This document shows positions 14,707 through 27,900 of a stretch of DNA of 64,000 nt, piece after piece. A program made the position numbers and the translations under genes. This stretch comes from Octopus vulgaris (Eukaryota). The notes beneath the pieces are model-generated. The model worked only from the letters and a program-made list of their open reading frames with translations, had not been told where the DNA came from and searched no databases. The stretch's first letter is position 1, and each line of letters opens with the position of its first letter. The DNA lies in assembly GCA_951406725.2 (NCBI GenBank), contig OX597819.1:83452001-83516000 (forward strand), in the 5' to 3' direction.

Positions 14707-16646
14707 AGACATGCATTGGGACCAAACTTCATAATCACACAACCATACTTGTGCTTGATATTCTAGCCATGTCACTAAATTCATTTTATCTATAGAATAA
14801 ACAATATGGCTGCATGGGTAGAATATTTCAGTGAGGGTGGTCTGCATACTAAACATTAATGTGATAAGGTCTAACATATGCTATATAGTGAGCTGAAAAT
14901 CTTCGGTCAGTTGAGATTATTCAAGCAATTAGGAAACAAAATTTCCTCTGGGGAAAACAATACAGCTAAAAACAACTCCAATATGATCAGCTGACTGAAA
15001 ATTTTGAACAATATTGACAATATAGATTGAAGTAGATCTAGTGTTTAACCCATTTGATACCAACCCACCTTGGACTGTTCCTACTTCTATGTTACAAATT
15101 CCAGTTTAAAAGTGATCTCAGTTAAAACATCCCATTGAACATCCATGTTAATCTAAATTCCTAGAGTTATTTTACCTGGCATTAAATAACAATAACAAAG
15201 AAGATAGACTGGATAATGCTGCCCTAGATACACTTAAGCAAAAAATGAGAAAATAGTCAAGGTTTTTGATCATAGGTTTGGTTGGTCAGTTCAGAAATGA
15301 CCTGGGCTAACCAACAACAACATTGTGAGGTTATATTTTTGTCAATGCATTAATAAACTTTGAATTCGATAGTAAGCTTAGTCTGTTGCCCAATTAAACA
15401 CTAGCATCTGACGTTTGGGTGCTTTTAGCAGAGTCAACTATGGTGTAAGCATTCAAAGGCCTGTTCTCTGGTCTGAGGATAATTTACTTCCTCTCACTAG
15501 TCTCAGAAGTTCTGGAAATAATTATGAACTCTGTCCTCCCCAACTGAATAAATGATAAAAAAAATATTATTTTGTGTCATTAGTAAATCTAACATAAAGT
15601 TTTTATAAAGTTTTCTGGGAGTTGGTAGACAATTAAACCTTTTCTTAAAGTTTCAAGGTTCTACATACAAAATTTTATTAGCTCAACTAATGTTATTTTT
15701 CAGATCTTCTTCAACATTCAAAAGCCATCTACACAGGGCCTTAGTGTACTGATTAGCCTTTCTTGCACAATATTAAACTGTCTCATGTTATGTACTGATG
15801 CTTCACCAAACATTTAGTTGATAACATACAAGTGTAATAAAAGTATAATAATACAAGTAGATGGATGAATTGGTTATTTTTATTTTATAATTTTCAGAAT
15901 CTGTCAAATCAATTGCCATTCTTTAATACAAAATACACTACTTGATTTAAAATTATTTCTTAATAGTGTTCCTGTCCAATTTCTATGTCTCTGATCTCAT
16001 GCATTTGAAATGCTTTGTAAATGTTATTATTTATTCAGTCAGTTACTGTCATTTAGACCACTTACTTTCATTATAAAACTACTGGTTATTATGCATACAA
16101 AGAAGGCAAATGGCAAGGTATAATTCTCTTTGTGATCATATGAAACCTAATGAAAGGGAACTGATAGCTGTGATAGATAGGATGAAGACTAGTTGGCTGA
16201 CCTCATCAGTACAATGTATTCTTTCTTAGTAATCAACAAATATTTTCATTATTGTTTGGCCTGAATCTACATTTGTTCCCACATGACTAATGATTTTTGC
16301 ATTGATTTTTTTTCTTTAATTTTCATCAAAATTGAGTTGCACTGGAATATCAGGATGAGCCAAGAAACTTCTATGACTAACACGCACAATCCTATCAGTA
16401 ACATTATTTTATGAAAGAAACCATAAGCTTCCCTAAATATAGACTCACTGGTGCAGGTCCACAAGAAGGAAGTACACATAATTACATTAAAATAAAGGCC
16501 AAGGGTATTTCTGAAATGATATATCATATTTTAAACATCTGGTAAAAAAATTACTCTGGCGACAATTGATATGGTTGAAAATTCAGCAAAATTAGTGGAA
16601 AGAGATTTGCTTGCCTCTCAAGACAATTGAGAGATTATAGGCTGTA

Positions 16647-17938
16647 CGAGGGACGTTCAATAAGTAATGCCTCTGACCCATTTGCAGTTGTTTGATCTAG
16701 CTGTAATTTTGCATGTGCAATCATTTATATCTCTATAGAGTAAGTGACAAATTACAGCTCTGAACTAATTGTGGTTTCTGATTTACAGGTGTTTGAACTG
16801 AGTCAAGTGTGAAATGGAGCCTGTTGAGTGTCGAGCAGTGATCCGGTTTTTGTATTTGAAAGGATGCACACCACGGGAGACTTTTGATGAAATGAAAGTA
16901 ACTTATGGTGATGATGTCCCATCATATGACCTTGTAAAACGCTGGGATCGTGAATTCAAACATGGTCGGAACTCTGTGGAAACAGCTCCCAGATCTGGTC
17001 ACCCCCTTCTGCCATTGATGAGGCATCTGCCCGACAAGTTGAGGCTGCCATTTTGGAAGATCGACGCATAATTATTCGCCAAATAGCCCATGAGGTCAAG
17101 ATTAGTACCGGGTCTGTGGAAACTATCATTCATGACCATTTGCATATGCAAAAGGTGTCTGCCAGATGGATTCCCAGGTTGCTCACGCCTTTCTAGAAGC
17201 AAGACCGCGTCGAGTGCTCGAGGATGAATTTGGAGATGTGCCAAGAAGATGAGTCAAAATTTTTCAAAAGACTGATTACACAGGATGAAACCTGGGTCCA
17301 TCACGATGATCCAGAGACCAAAGCCCAGTTAATGCAGTGGAAGCACCGTGACTCACCCCCTCCAAAGAAGGCAAGGGTGCAGCCCTCCGCTGTCAAGGTC
17401 ATGCTCACAGTCTTCTGGGACCAGGACGGAGTAGTGATGACAGATTTCCTGGCAAAGGGTACCACAATTACAGGAGCCTATTATGCTTCACTTTTGAGGA
17501 AATTAAGAGAAGTTATCAAAATCAAGAGGCGGGGCAAGATCAGCAAAGGCATCCTCCTCCTGCAGGACAATGCTCCGGTCCACAACTCGCTTGTCGCCAG
17601 ATCAGAAGCACAGGCGTATGGCTATGAACTCCTCCCTCATCCCCCCTACTTTCCTGACCTTGCACCCTCTGATTTTCACCTCTTCCCAGTCATGAAGTTG
17701 TTTTTGAAAGGAAAGCATTTCCCAGATGATGCAGCCTTGATTTCTGAAGTCGCGTTCAGGTTGGAGGACCAAGCTGGGGTCTTCTACAAAAACGGTCTCC
17801 AGAGCTGCATCAAACGATGGTAGAAATGCGTAACTCTGGGTGGTTCCTATGTAGAAAAAGACTAATAACTGTGCCAAGTTTCGTTGCTCTACTGCTATAG
17901 GAAGTGGGTCAGGGGCATTACTTATTGAACGCCCCTCG
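16647..17938 (+). mobile_element. Full-length mariner (DD34D) DNA transposon, 1292 bp, inactivated
   Basis: 34-bp TIRs (cgagggacgttcaataagtaatgcctctgaccca and its inverse, 2 mismatches). TA target duplication at 16645-16646 and 17939-17940. Contains a transposase frame. Confidence 0.97.
16814..17865 (+). pseudogene. Mariner transposase pseudogene
   Basis: HTH-like N-terminus, WIPRLL motif, catalytic TQDETW / QDNAPVH / YFPDLAPSD. Broken by a 1-nt frameshift near 17000 and in-frame TAGs at 17194 and 17821; natural stop TAA at 17863-17865. Confidence 0.95.
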
Positions 17939-19708
17939 TATGTTGTGCAATAATTATTTAACTCTTTTGATTACCTTTTCAACAACTTGTAGTTTCCTTC
18001 AAATTTTCTCTAAATTGTGCTTTTTACCTGTGTTAGTTTTTCATCTACTACTATAGCTTTTGATATTCGAAAGGCTAGTTTATGTACTTCAACAAAATAT
18101 AGATTGTTACATTGAAGAGAAAGGTTTGTCAAGTTTGAGTGGAAAGTGATGTGAAGCATATTGCTTATCCTTTAATGATTAGTAATTAAGTTGCAGAGAT
18201 CTAATTAATTATCAGACTTGAATAATTATAGGATATGGTGGTGAGTATTTAGGTTGTGAAATTTTGTTTAGGAAAATATGAAGTTGAACATTAAATCTTT
18301 TTATTATTACTAATTAAGCTCACTCTGACTAGTGGCATTGTTGTGCTTGATCTTCATTTTGAAGTTTTGGGAAGGAATGATAGAGTTAAAAGAGGGGCTG
18401 AGAGAAAGAGAAATAGGTAACCAAAGTGATTGGGACAGTGCAAAGGTTTTTATGTGAGTTCTAAAAGAGTCATGGAGAATAAAATGTGCCTATGCTGTGT
18501 TTTAGTGAATAAATTTTTGCTAATCGATCAAATAGCAACAAGCCAATAAGAGAGCCTCTACACGGTTGCTCAACCTGTTAAAAATATTGACTAAATGTTT
18601 CTCAAAGCACATCTTACTGTGTTAAATTAGAAAAGAAACATGAGCTAATGTAGTCCTATACATGGCCTCAAAGAGGCAGGGTAATCAGGTCGGAATGTGT
18701 TTGATCATAGATTTGCTCAGTCAGAATTGATATGAAGCTAGACATCAACAACAATCAATTAGCATTTTAAAATATGGTCTGCAGTAGTGGCACTTTCTCC
18801 AATATATGAGCTGTACTGTAATGAAGGCTAAAGTATTTCTGGTTCTGAAGAGGAGGAAGCAAACTTTGCAACATTATATCTTTATTTTGTGATGCATGTC
18901 ATTATGCCTTGAACCTTTTGAGTGATGACTGTATGTGAAGTCACTACAGAAGATTTTCAGAGGTGTAACATTTGTAAAGATTTTGAGGGTTTTATTAGTG
19001 TGTTGTTTATGTAAAGGGGGTATTTAGGGCAAGACTGTTTCTTTAATATATGTAGTGGGTGTGCCTTTGTTCTGTTGATAGAGACTAGGTTATCGTGTCA
19101 TCAGTAGATGATGTTTTCAAGGTCTTTTTGCAAGGAAATAGTTCATGCCTGGTGTTAAGTTTCTAAGTTTCATGTGGATGACGTGTGTGTTGAGAAAGTC
19201 ATGAGGGGTGAAAAGCAGTATCATATGCATGAGAGTGGGTGTTTGTTTGCAGTAATACCAAGTAGGTCATGAATATACATAAGGAAGAGTTTGGAAGATA
19301 AACCTTTCCAACACCAAAGTGTATTAAATGTGGACAGGATAGTGCCCCATCTGTGCAACACTGCAATGAAGCAGCTGAGAGAAAACTTCTGAACCAAGAA
19401 ACAAGATATACGTAGAGCTCTTAATCATCATCATCACTATATCCTTATCAACATAGTTTTGATGTCTAAGTTTCCATGCTTACTTGAGTCAGATGGAATT
19501 CATTGAAGCAGACTTTTTTTACCACCAGATACTCTTCCTGTCACCAATTCTCACCTGTTTCCAAGTAAGGTAATATTTCCTTATGGTCAAAAATATTTTC
19601 AAGGAAGAAGTCGCTTGTATGACAGTAATGCTCATTTGCAATTATCACACAGTATCAAGACAAGGAAACACAAACATCCCCTCCTATGCATGCACACATA
19701 CACTTGTA

Positions 19709-19765
<57 letters not shown>

Positions 19766-21275
19766 GCATTTATGATGGGATTTTAGGAGATTCCATCTAC
19801 CAAGTCTACTCACATGGTTTTGGTCAGTTTGGGGTTATAGTAGAAGACACTTACCCAAGGTGCCATGCACTGAGAATGAGCCATAAACCTTGTGCAAACT
19901 TCTTAACCACACAGCCATACCTGTGCCTGGTCAACTTAATTCAGAGGTTCTCAAGCAAAAGGTTTTACTGGTATGAAGTGCAACAACATTGCTTTCACCG
20001 AAGTTCTACACTGCTAGTAACCACTAGTTTTTGATGTAGAAAAGCATTTCTTCAGTAGATCTGGTTCTGTAAAAATCAAAGATGTATGTCAAGTTAGATG
20101 TAATAAGGAAGAAACTAATTTTAGAGTTACAAGAAAGGGAAGCAATCTGTGTGTGTGTGTGTGTGTGTGTGTGTGCAAACATATGTCTGTGTGTTAAGTT
20201 GGCTTGAAGAATGTTATAGAAATGGAAAACTTGGTGTCTCATTTTTCAATGAATGAATGAATGAATGAATACACACACACACACACACTATAAATACAAA
20301 TACAGGCGTATCTTTCTGTAATATTTATAAAGTGTGTAATATCCATATAAATAAAATATACACACACCCTTACTTCTTTAGAATAGTTACTATTAAGGAA
20401 AGCATCTTCAGAACTACAGAAATAGCAACAAATGCTGACTTGCTGTGTGCTATGTTTGTCTTAGGTCTTACAGCTGCACTTGTTTTGTCCTGGACAAAAA
20501 GGAAGTTAAAGAAGAGATTTTGTAATCTAAATATAGTTTATAAGTAGTTAGATAAACAAATAAAAGAGCCTTCCCACTGCTGCAATCACTAGCTGTCTGT
20601 TGGATGGTTTCAGTGAAAGTAAAAAAAAAAAGGAATATAGTAATATAGAGAGACCAGTTTTAAATAAAAGGAATAGAACAGTGGAAAGTGACTGAAAAAT
20701 AATTTATATAAGGAAACAGAAATATTACCTATATTATCTAATTATTTCTGTAAGAATTGTTATCATCGCTGAAAATTGGGTTTGGGGACTTGCTTGTTAC
20801 ATTTCTCACAATTACTTTATAATTCCAAGCTTTCTTTAACTACTATTAGTAAGCTTTCATCATCAGCATCATTGTTTAATGTCTGCTTTCCATGCTAGCA
20901 TGGGTTGGACTGCTTTGTGGAGTAAAATCAGAATTTTTGTTTTCCTGTAGAATATGAACAAAGATATTGTGAGTGAGAGATATCAGTTGTCTAAACAAAG
21001 TAATATATCTATAAAGTGCATAACTGTTGAACAGAAACCCCTAAGAAAAACTGGTTAGCTGTTTCTTGTGTAATTTTATTGTGCTGTATGCTTTAGTTAA
21101 TTATTTAGTGCATAGAGATCTGCCTGGGTAGATTTATATTATTTTCTTGTACACTAGTTAGTAATATCTTTCAATTTGCTACACCTATGTTTTAAAATGA
21201 GGTTTTTAGATTTTTCAGGATGTCTCTAGTAGATATTTTCTTGTAAATATCTCCAAAACTTTGAGGAATATTTAA

Positions 21276-21458
21276 CCCTTTTGTTCCTATATTTCTGTTG
21301 AAATATACATTTTTCTTTCAATTAATTTTGAAAATAATGAAGTATATGGTGAAAGTTTTATGATTATTAAGCTCATGTTTGAACTAAATTGACATGAAAT
21401 TTTGATTGCTTTAAAATAGAAAGTTTATATCATAGAACAAAGGTTGATATCAAAGGAG
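21276..21458. mobile_element. piggyBac-type MITE, family 2
   Basis: ttaa|cccttttgttcc ... gatatcaaaggag|ttaa. A related inverted end is present near 15044-15150. Confidence 0.5.
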
Positions 21459-22738
21459 TTAAGGATATCAGGTGAAGACAAGAGATAAATATCTTCTAGA
21501 GTAGGATGTTAGCCCATCTCAAATAAAATTTATAGTGGATTGTACCTACATCAGCTGAGCTTTTAGTCCAGCATTATATTCATACTGTCCTTTTAGTTCT
21601 ACTTTTCTACTATGACTGAGTCACATAACCTGTTTGTAAGATTATACTGAAACCTTCATATCAATGTAGTGTATCTACAAGTTAGCTTGACAGAGAATAT
21701 CCTTTCCAACCCATGCTAGCATGGAAAGCGGACGCTAAATGATGATGATGATGAGGATGATGAAGTTATAATCAAAGGAATTATCTAAACCTCTTTACAG
21801 CTATGATAAATTCTACCGCATTGAGGTTACTTATGTACAGCTAGGTGAACTTACCCATTTGAGCAAAATGTTTCAGCCAAGAAAAAGAAATGTAGCTTAA
21901 CGGAAAGTAAACAAACCACTCATCTTTTTGAGTTGCTAATCTGTTAATCTGATATCCTTGTCAATACGGATGTAAACAGGTTCTTACTTTTTTTTTCTAA
22001 AATATCATTAGAGCAATTATTTTGATAGCCAACATCCAAACATCTTTTGTACTGCTAATCTTTCCTGTAGCAGTGTCAGTTAGGCACATAAACTCTAGAA
22101 ACATGTAACTATGACTATAACAAGGTTTTAATCATGGTCTCAATAGTCAAGTACCTTAATCTAACAACAACTTAATCTTACAGCAACTGCTTGTGTTTTT
22201 CGTTTTTCTGTTTAGCATCATTTTTTTTTTTGTTGATATGGGTAGACATATAATTGGTGAAACAATTATATTACCCCATCACCAAAAGAATCAGAGTGAA
22301 ATCAATTTCATCAGTCAATGGTTATTATTAGTGGCACTGTTTATTCTTCAAAATCCTCCACAGGCAAGACCATGTGGCTAAGAAGCTTGCTTTGTAACTA
22401 ATGAGATCCAGTCCCATTGTATGACACTTTGGGCAAGTGTCTTCTACTATAGCCCCAGGCTAACCAATGACTTGTGAGTGGATTTGGTAAATGGAAACTG
22501 TGTGGAAGCCTATTACATTTGTATGATTGTGTGTGTCTGTGTGCATGCGTTCATGCATCTTTATGTTTGTGTTTGTTCTCTACCAACACTTGGCAACTAG
22601 AGTTGGTCAGTTTACATCCCCATGACTTAGCAATTCAACAAAAGAGACTGATACAATAAATGCCAGGCATTAAAAACAAACAGAAATGTAGTTGATTTTC
22701 TCAATTTAACTCTTCAAGGCTGTACACCAACATAGTCA

Positions 22739-22940
22739 GCCGTTCAAGAATTTGGACCTGGAGATCTCCATTTCCAGCGACTTCGAGGGCCACCTCCCAG
22801 TGGTGTCGGGCGTCAACAAAGAGCCCTTGACTACAACAAGACAACCAAAGTTTTTTTTTTTTCTCTTCCAAGGTCTTGGGTCTCTCGCCCCTAAGCCTTA
22901 GACCATTCACCCTTACCCATCTTGTTGCTTAACAACAACA
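22739..22940 (+). mobile_element. Short 5'-truncated retrotransposed insert with (AAC)n tail
   Basis: Perfect 13-bp TSD accaacatagtca at 22726-22738 and 22941-22953 interrupting a family-A SINE tail. Confidence 0.8.
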
Positions 22941-23340
22941 ACCAACATAGTCAAAGACCAATAACTGAAACAAGCAAAACATAAAAGATAAAACATTTAC
23001 AATAGTTTATGTGTCTAAGATCACTCATAAAATGTCCAAGTTTGTCTTCTTTTAGTGTTTTAATGTTTCTTTCCCACTTTTATACCTAACTAAATGTGGA
23101 TTTACAAGTTCTTTTGATCCTTTATAGAAGTCAAAAATCAACTTGAAATACCGAAAAACTAATACAATCATAAAGCATTTCAATTCATTCACAAAGTTTT
23201 ATGTCTTTTCCTTTCTTATGCATGTATACTCAGATATGTATACACCCAAGCATAGTACAATACACATATATGTGTATGGGAGTTGGTCTCTGTGCGTTTA
23301 TATATATATAAGGCATTAAATGATGATGATAATGGTGATA

Positions 23341-23778
23341 AGGTGTGGCTTTGTGGTAAGTAGCTTGCTTTTCAACCACTTGGTTCTAGGTTCAGTCCCT
23401 CTGTGTGGCACCTTGGGCAAGTTTTTTCTACTACAGCATCAGGCTGACCAAAGCCTTGTGAGTGGATTTGGTAGAGAGAAACTGAAAGAAGCCCATTGTA
23501 TACACACACACACACACATATATATACACACACACACATACATGTATATATTTATGCATGCATGTGCCTGTGTTTGTCTCTTCACCATCGGTTGACAACT
23601 GATGCTGGTATGTTTATGCCCCTGTAACTTAGCAGTTTAACAAAAGAGTCTGATAACATAACTACTAGGCTTACAAAGAATAAGTCCTGGGGTCAATTTC
23701 TTCAACTAAAACCCTTTAAGGCAGTGCTCCAGTATGACTGCAGTCAATTGGCTTAAACAAGTAAAATAATAAAAGAAT
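23341..23778 (+). mobile_element. SINE family A, full length, more diverged
   Basis: Same head, middle and tail modules. Confidence 0.85.
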
Positions 23779-23823
23779 ATATATAATATATCCCCCATAT
23801 ATATATATATATATATATACATA

Positions 23824-23860
23824 CTAGTAGAGGCACCCAGCATTGCCCAAGAATGAAATT
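23824..23860 (-). mobile_element. Possible Helitron 3' terminus
   Basis: Minus strand: decayed GC hairpin (ttgggcaatgctggg) about 10 nt before CTAG|T, abutting a (TA)n tract. Confidence 0.35.
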
Positions 23861-24750
23861 GTTCCTTATATATAGGAAAGAAAAAGCAAAATATGTTGTA
23901 TAGAAATTTGTTATTCTAAATTCAATTTATTCTTCAATTGGGAAGTCAATTCTGGATTCGTAATACAAAATAATAATAATAATGAAAAAAAAATAATAAT
24001 AATAATAGTAATAATAATAATAATAATAACAATAAATGAAAATACAAAATTTGCTACTTTTATGAAGGGAGATTAAATTTTATCACATATGTTGAAGGAA
24101 ATTATGTAAGAGCTTCTAGGTAGACAACATTCTTATTTTTTCTGGTATGGAGCATAAACAAATAAGTTTTGCGAACTACCTGGAGCAACCAACATAAAGT
24201 TGACCATGAGAAAAAAAAGACTCAATTAAGTGCAAGCCTATAGATTTCAAAATCTGACCTTGAGCTTTATTAATAGTCATTGCAAAGCAAAGTTGCACTG
24301 GGTATTGTGTCTATTTGAACTCAAATTGCATGTCTGTTGGTTTGACTGGAATTCTTGGAATGAAAACCTCTTCCCCTGAGGCACATCCACTCTACAGCAA
24401 GACACCTATCCTTGTCCTTCTACACCTTAAATCTCCCACTCCTAGCTGAGGGGTTTTTGTCTTGCAAGTTACCTTTTCAGTGCTGGTGCCACATGAAAAG
24501 CTCTGGTGTCAGTGGCACATAAAAAGCACCCAATACACTCAATAAAATGATTGGCATTAGGAAGAGCATCCAGTCACAGAAATCATACTAAAACAGAGAA
24601 TGGACCCTGGTGCAGCTCCTGGCCTTACCAGCTCCAGGTCAAACCATTCAACCCATGCCAGCATGGAAAACAGACATTAAATGATTATGTACTATATATT
24701 TTTGACCCCACTCTCTCTCTCTCTCTCTGATGATGATGATGATAATGATA

Positions 24751-24822
<72 letters not shown>

Positions 24823-25179
24823 ATATATATTATATATATATATACAAGACACACACATGCATATACACATACATACATGCATACATATACATACATACAT
24901 ACATGTATGCGTGTGTTATGACTTGGGTGTGTATGCAAGCATGAAAGGCACCATTATGTTTATTAGATACTAACCACTGTATTTTTAAGTAGGAATAAAA
25001 CAAGCTTAAATAGGAAGTCTTAAAAGACACTTCTAATGTTTCATTACTAATATTGCTATTTTTATTTTAAAGTCAATTCAGCAACATTAAACTAAAAGAC
25101 GTTTGTGTTGAAATCACCCACTCAAAATTCTTTTTTCAATTTTTACTTATTTTTTAATAAGATAAGTAAATAAGTCAAC

Positions 25180-25212
<33 letters not shown>

Positions 25213-26341
25213 TGATATTTTTATTATCCACTGGGTCATAGAAGACAGGGCCAGCACAAGGACAAACAACAATTCGTGTGGGGATTTACGTAAAGGATGA
25301 GAAGAAAGAAATGGTAAAGATGGAGATAAAATATGTGATAAAAGTATACATATAAAAGGATGTGACAACAGGAATAATGCTGTCTTCCTAATATGGGAGA
25401 AACTCCAGCTAGGGCCAATCAAGGAACCACTCAGATCCAGTATTACCTTGACCACCAATGGCACAAGCCCTCTCTCATGCTCTCCAATCTACAAGCACTT
25501 ACAACCATTTTTGCCACAGTCACCCATATTTTCACAAACTCACTGGGAGGTAGCAAATAATGAAGATAATAATTATTTTTACTATAAGCACAAGGCCTGA
25601 AATTCGGTGGGAGGGGCCTAGTTGATTACATCATCCTCAGTGCATAACTGGTACTTATTTTATCAACCCCAAAAGAATGAAAGGCAAAATTGACCTCAAC
25701 AGAATTTAAACTCAGAATGTATAGACAGACAAAATGCTGCTAATCATTTTCCCTGACATGCTAATCCTTCTGTCAGCTTGCCACCTGAACAAACAATAAC
25801 AACAAAAATAATAATGGTTTCAAATTTTGGTACAAGGCCAGCAATTTCGGGGAATAGGGTAAGTCAATTACATTTATTGACCCCAAAAGGATGAAAGGCT
25901 AAGTTGACCTTGGCAGAACTTGAATTCAGAATGTTAAAATGGATGAAATGCTGCTAAACATTTTGCCCGGAAGCTAACCATTCTGCCAGCATCCTGCCTT
26001 AATAATAATGATAATAATAAATAGATATTCTTTTTTCCCTGTGGCAAATTTCAGAAAGTGTTTTTTTTGTGTGTGTGTGTGTGTTTTGTTTTTTTTATTC
26101 TATTGTTGGCTTCTCTTGAACAGTGAGGATATTTATTCCCTATATAACATAATTCACTATTACTCTAATCGTCACTCTACTCATTATTTACTTCCGCAGG
26201 CATGTGGCAGTTAATTAATTCTTTGGAAAACCTCTCAACTACAACCAGGCTGTTGATGCTGTAACTGCTGCTACTATTACTACTACTACTTGTAGTGTTG
26301 ACACCACTACTACGTATGTGGTGGTGGTGGTGATGGTGGTC

Positions 26342-26374
<33 letters not shown>

Positions 26375-26767
26375 GTACCACTACTGCTACTATGTGGAAG
26401 GGGTTTAGTTAATAACATTGAGCTCAATGCTCAACTATTATCATATTTTGTGACCCACCCCCACCCCAATAGTCAACTGATACTTTATTTTATTGACCAC
26501 AGTACTTGACTGATACGTTATTTTATCTACTCTGAACAAACGAAAGACAAAGCTGATCTCTGTAGGATTTTCAGAACCAGAAAAGTCAGAAGAAATACCA
26601 TAAAGCATTTATTCCTATGCTCTAGTGGTTCTCACAGCCACCACTTTATTACTAGATAATTATAATTATAATATTGGGCTGAAATTTTGCCACAAGGGCA
26701 GCAATTTTGGGAAGGGGATGATTCGATTACATCGACCCCAGTGTTCAACTGGTACTTATTTTATCAA

Positions 26768-26999
26768 TGGTGGCAAGCTGGCAGAAACATTAGCATGCCG
26801 GGCGAAATGCTTAGCGGTATTTCGTCTGCCGCTACATTCTGAGTTCAAATTCTGCCGAGGTCGACTTTGCCTTTCATCCTTTCAGGGTCGATTAAATAAG
26901 TACCAGTTATGCACTGGGGTTGATATAATCGACTTAATCCATTTGTCTGTCCTTGTTTGTCCCCTAAGTGTAGCCCCTTGTGGGCAGTAAAGAAATAGA
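26768..26999 (+). mobile_element. SINE family B nested antisense in another family-B copy
   Basis: 15-bp TSD tacttattttatcaa at 26753-26767 and 27000-27014. Confidence 0.9.
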
Positions 27000-27060
27000 T
27001 ACTTATTTTATCAACCCCGAATGGATGAAAGGTAAAGTTGACCTCAGTGGAACTTGAAGA

Positions 27061-27063
<3 letters not shown>

Positions 27064-27107
<44 letters not shown>

Positions 27108-27222
27108 CAATAATAATAATAAAAACAATAATAATAATAATAATAAAAACAATAATAATAATAATAAAAACAATAATAATGATAATAATAATAATAAAAA
27201 CAATAATAATAATAATAAAAAC

Positions 27223-27254
<32 letters not shown>

Positions 27255-27286
27255 CAATAATAATAATAATAATAAAAATAATAATA
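27064..27286. repeat. (ATA)n microsatellite periodically interrupted by AAAACA
   Basis: Directly visible; produces the poly-Ile/Leu pseudo-ORFs. Confidence 0.95.
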
Positions 27287-27900
27287 TTTTTATTGGCCAC
27301 AAGAGCCAAACAAAACAAATAGGGACAATACAATACAAGGGACAAGTGGGGTGTTGAACAATGCTGTGTATGCATTAAGTAACAAAAACAATTAAAAAAA
27401 CAATTAATTAATAAAAATTCACCAAAAGTGGGGAGTTCCTCACAGGGACAACCGAGGAACCCCACAATCTTGGTTATCCTGACTGCCAAGAAAGGGCGCT
27501 TGGCACCTGGAATATTGGCAAGCACTCACAGCTTTTCGCTGGTTTGGCAACACAGTGGGTGGATGTTTCACTATGGACTTCTGTAGGGGTTTAGTGGCGA
27601 GCAAGAGCAACAGCGTCCTCAGGGAAACTCTGGCTATCGGAAAGAGTCAGTTAATTTTTGTCTTTTCTGGAGGACTTTCAGGTCAGGCCTATGAATAACT
27701 TCCTGAAATTCCTGGTCTGGTAGTGATACCATGGAGCTTTGCAATCCAGGATTGTAGCTCTGTCATTGAGCTGCAGAAAATCCTGCCTAACAAATGGCGA
27801 CCACACCCATTCACTGTTAAGAAAATGCTGGAGATGTCACAGCCTCAGCATATGTCTGTAGATTATTAGCCACAGCATGCCCAGTCCTCCACTCAGTGGA
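27285..27900 (-). mobile_element. L1/Tx1-like LINE 3' remnant with AATAAA and (TAT)n tail
   Basis: Minus strand reads PLSGGLGMLW...VWSPFV, homologous to 3270-3420. It ends ...ctcttgtggccaataaaaat followed by the long (TAT)n at 27064-27290. Similar 3' UTR pieces occur at about 25200-25500 and 51290-51540. Confidence 0.6.

Noticed and set aside
18830-19420. Possible Penelope RT remnant on the minus strand (YYCKQT..LLF..LAKR)
   Set aside because: The similarity is too weak to support without a profile search.
26845-27525. 226-aa ORF and overlapping poly-Ile/Leu ORFs
   Set aside because: They are translations of the (ATA)n microsatellite plus SINE and LINE UTR sequence.
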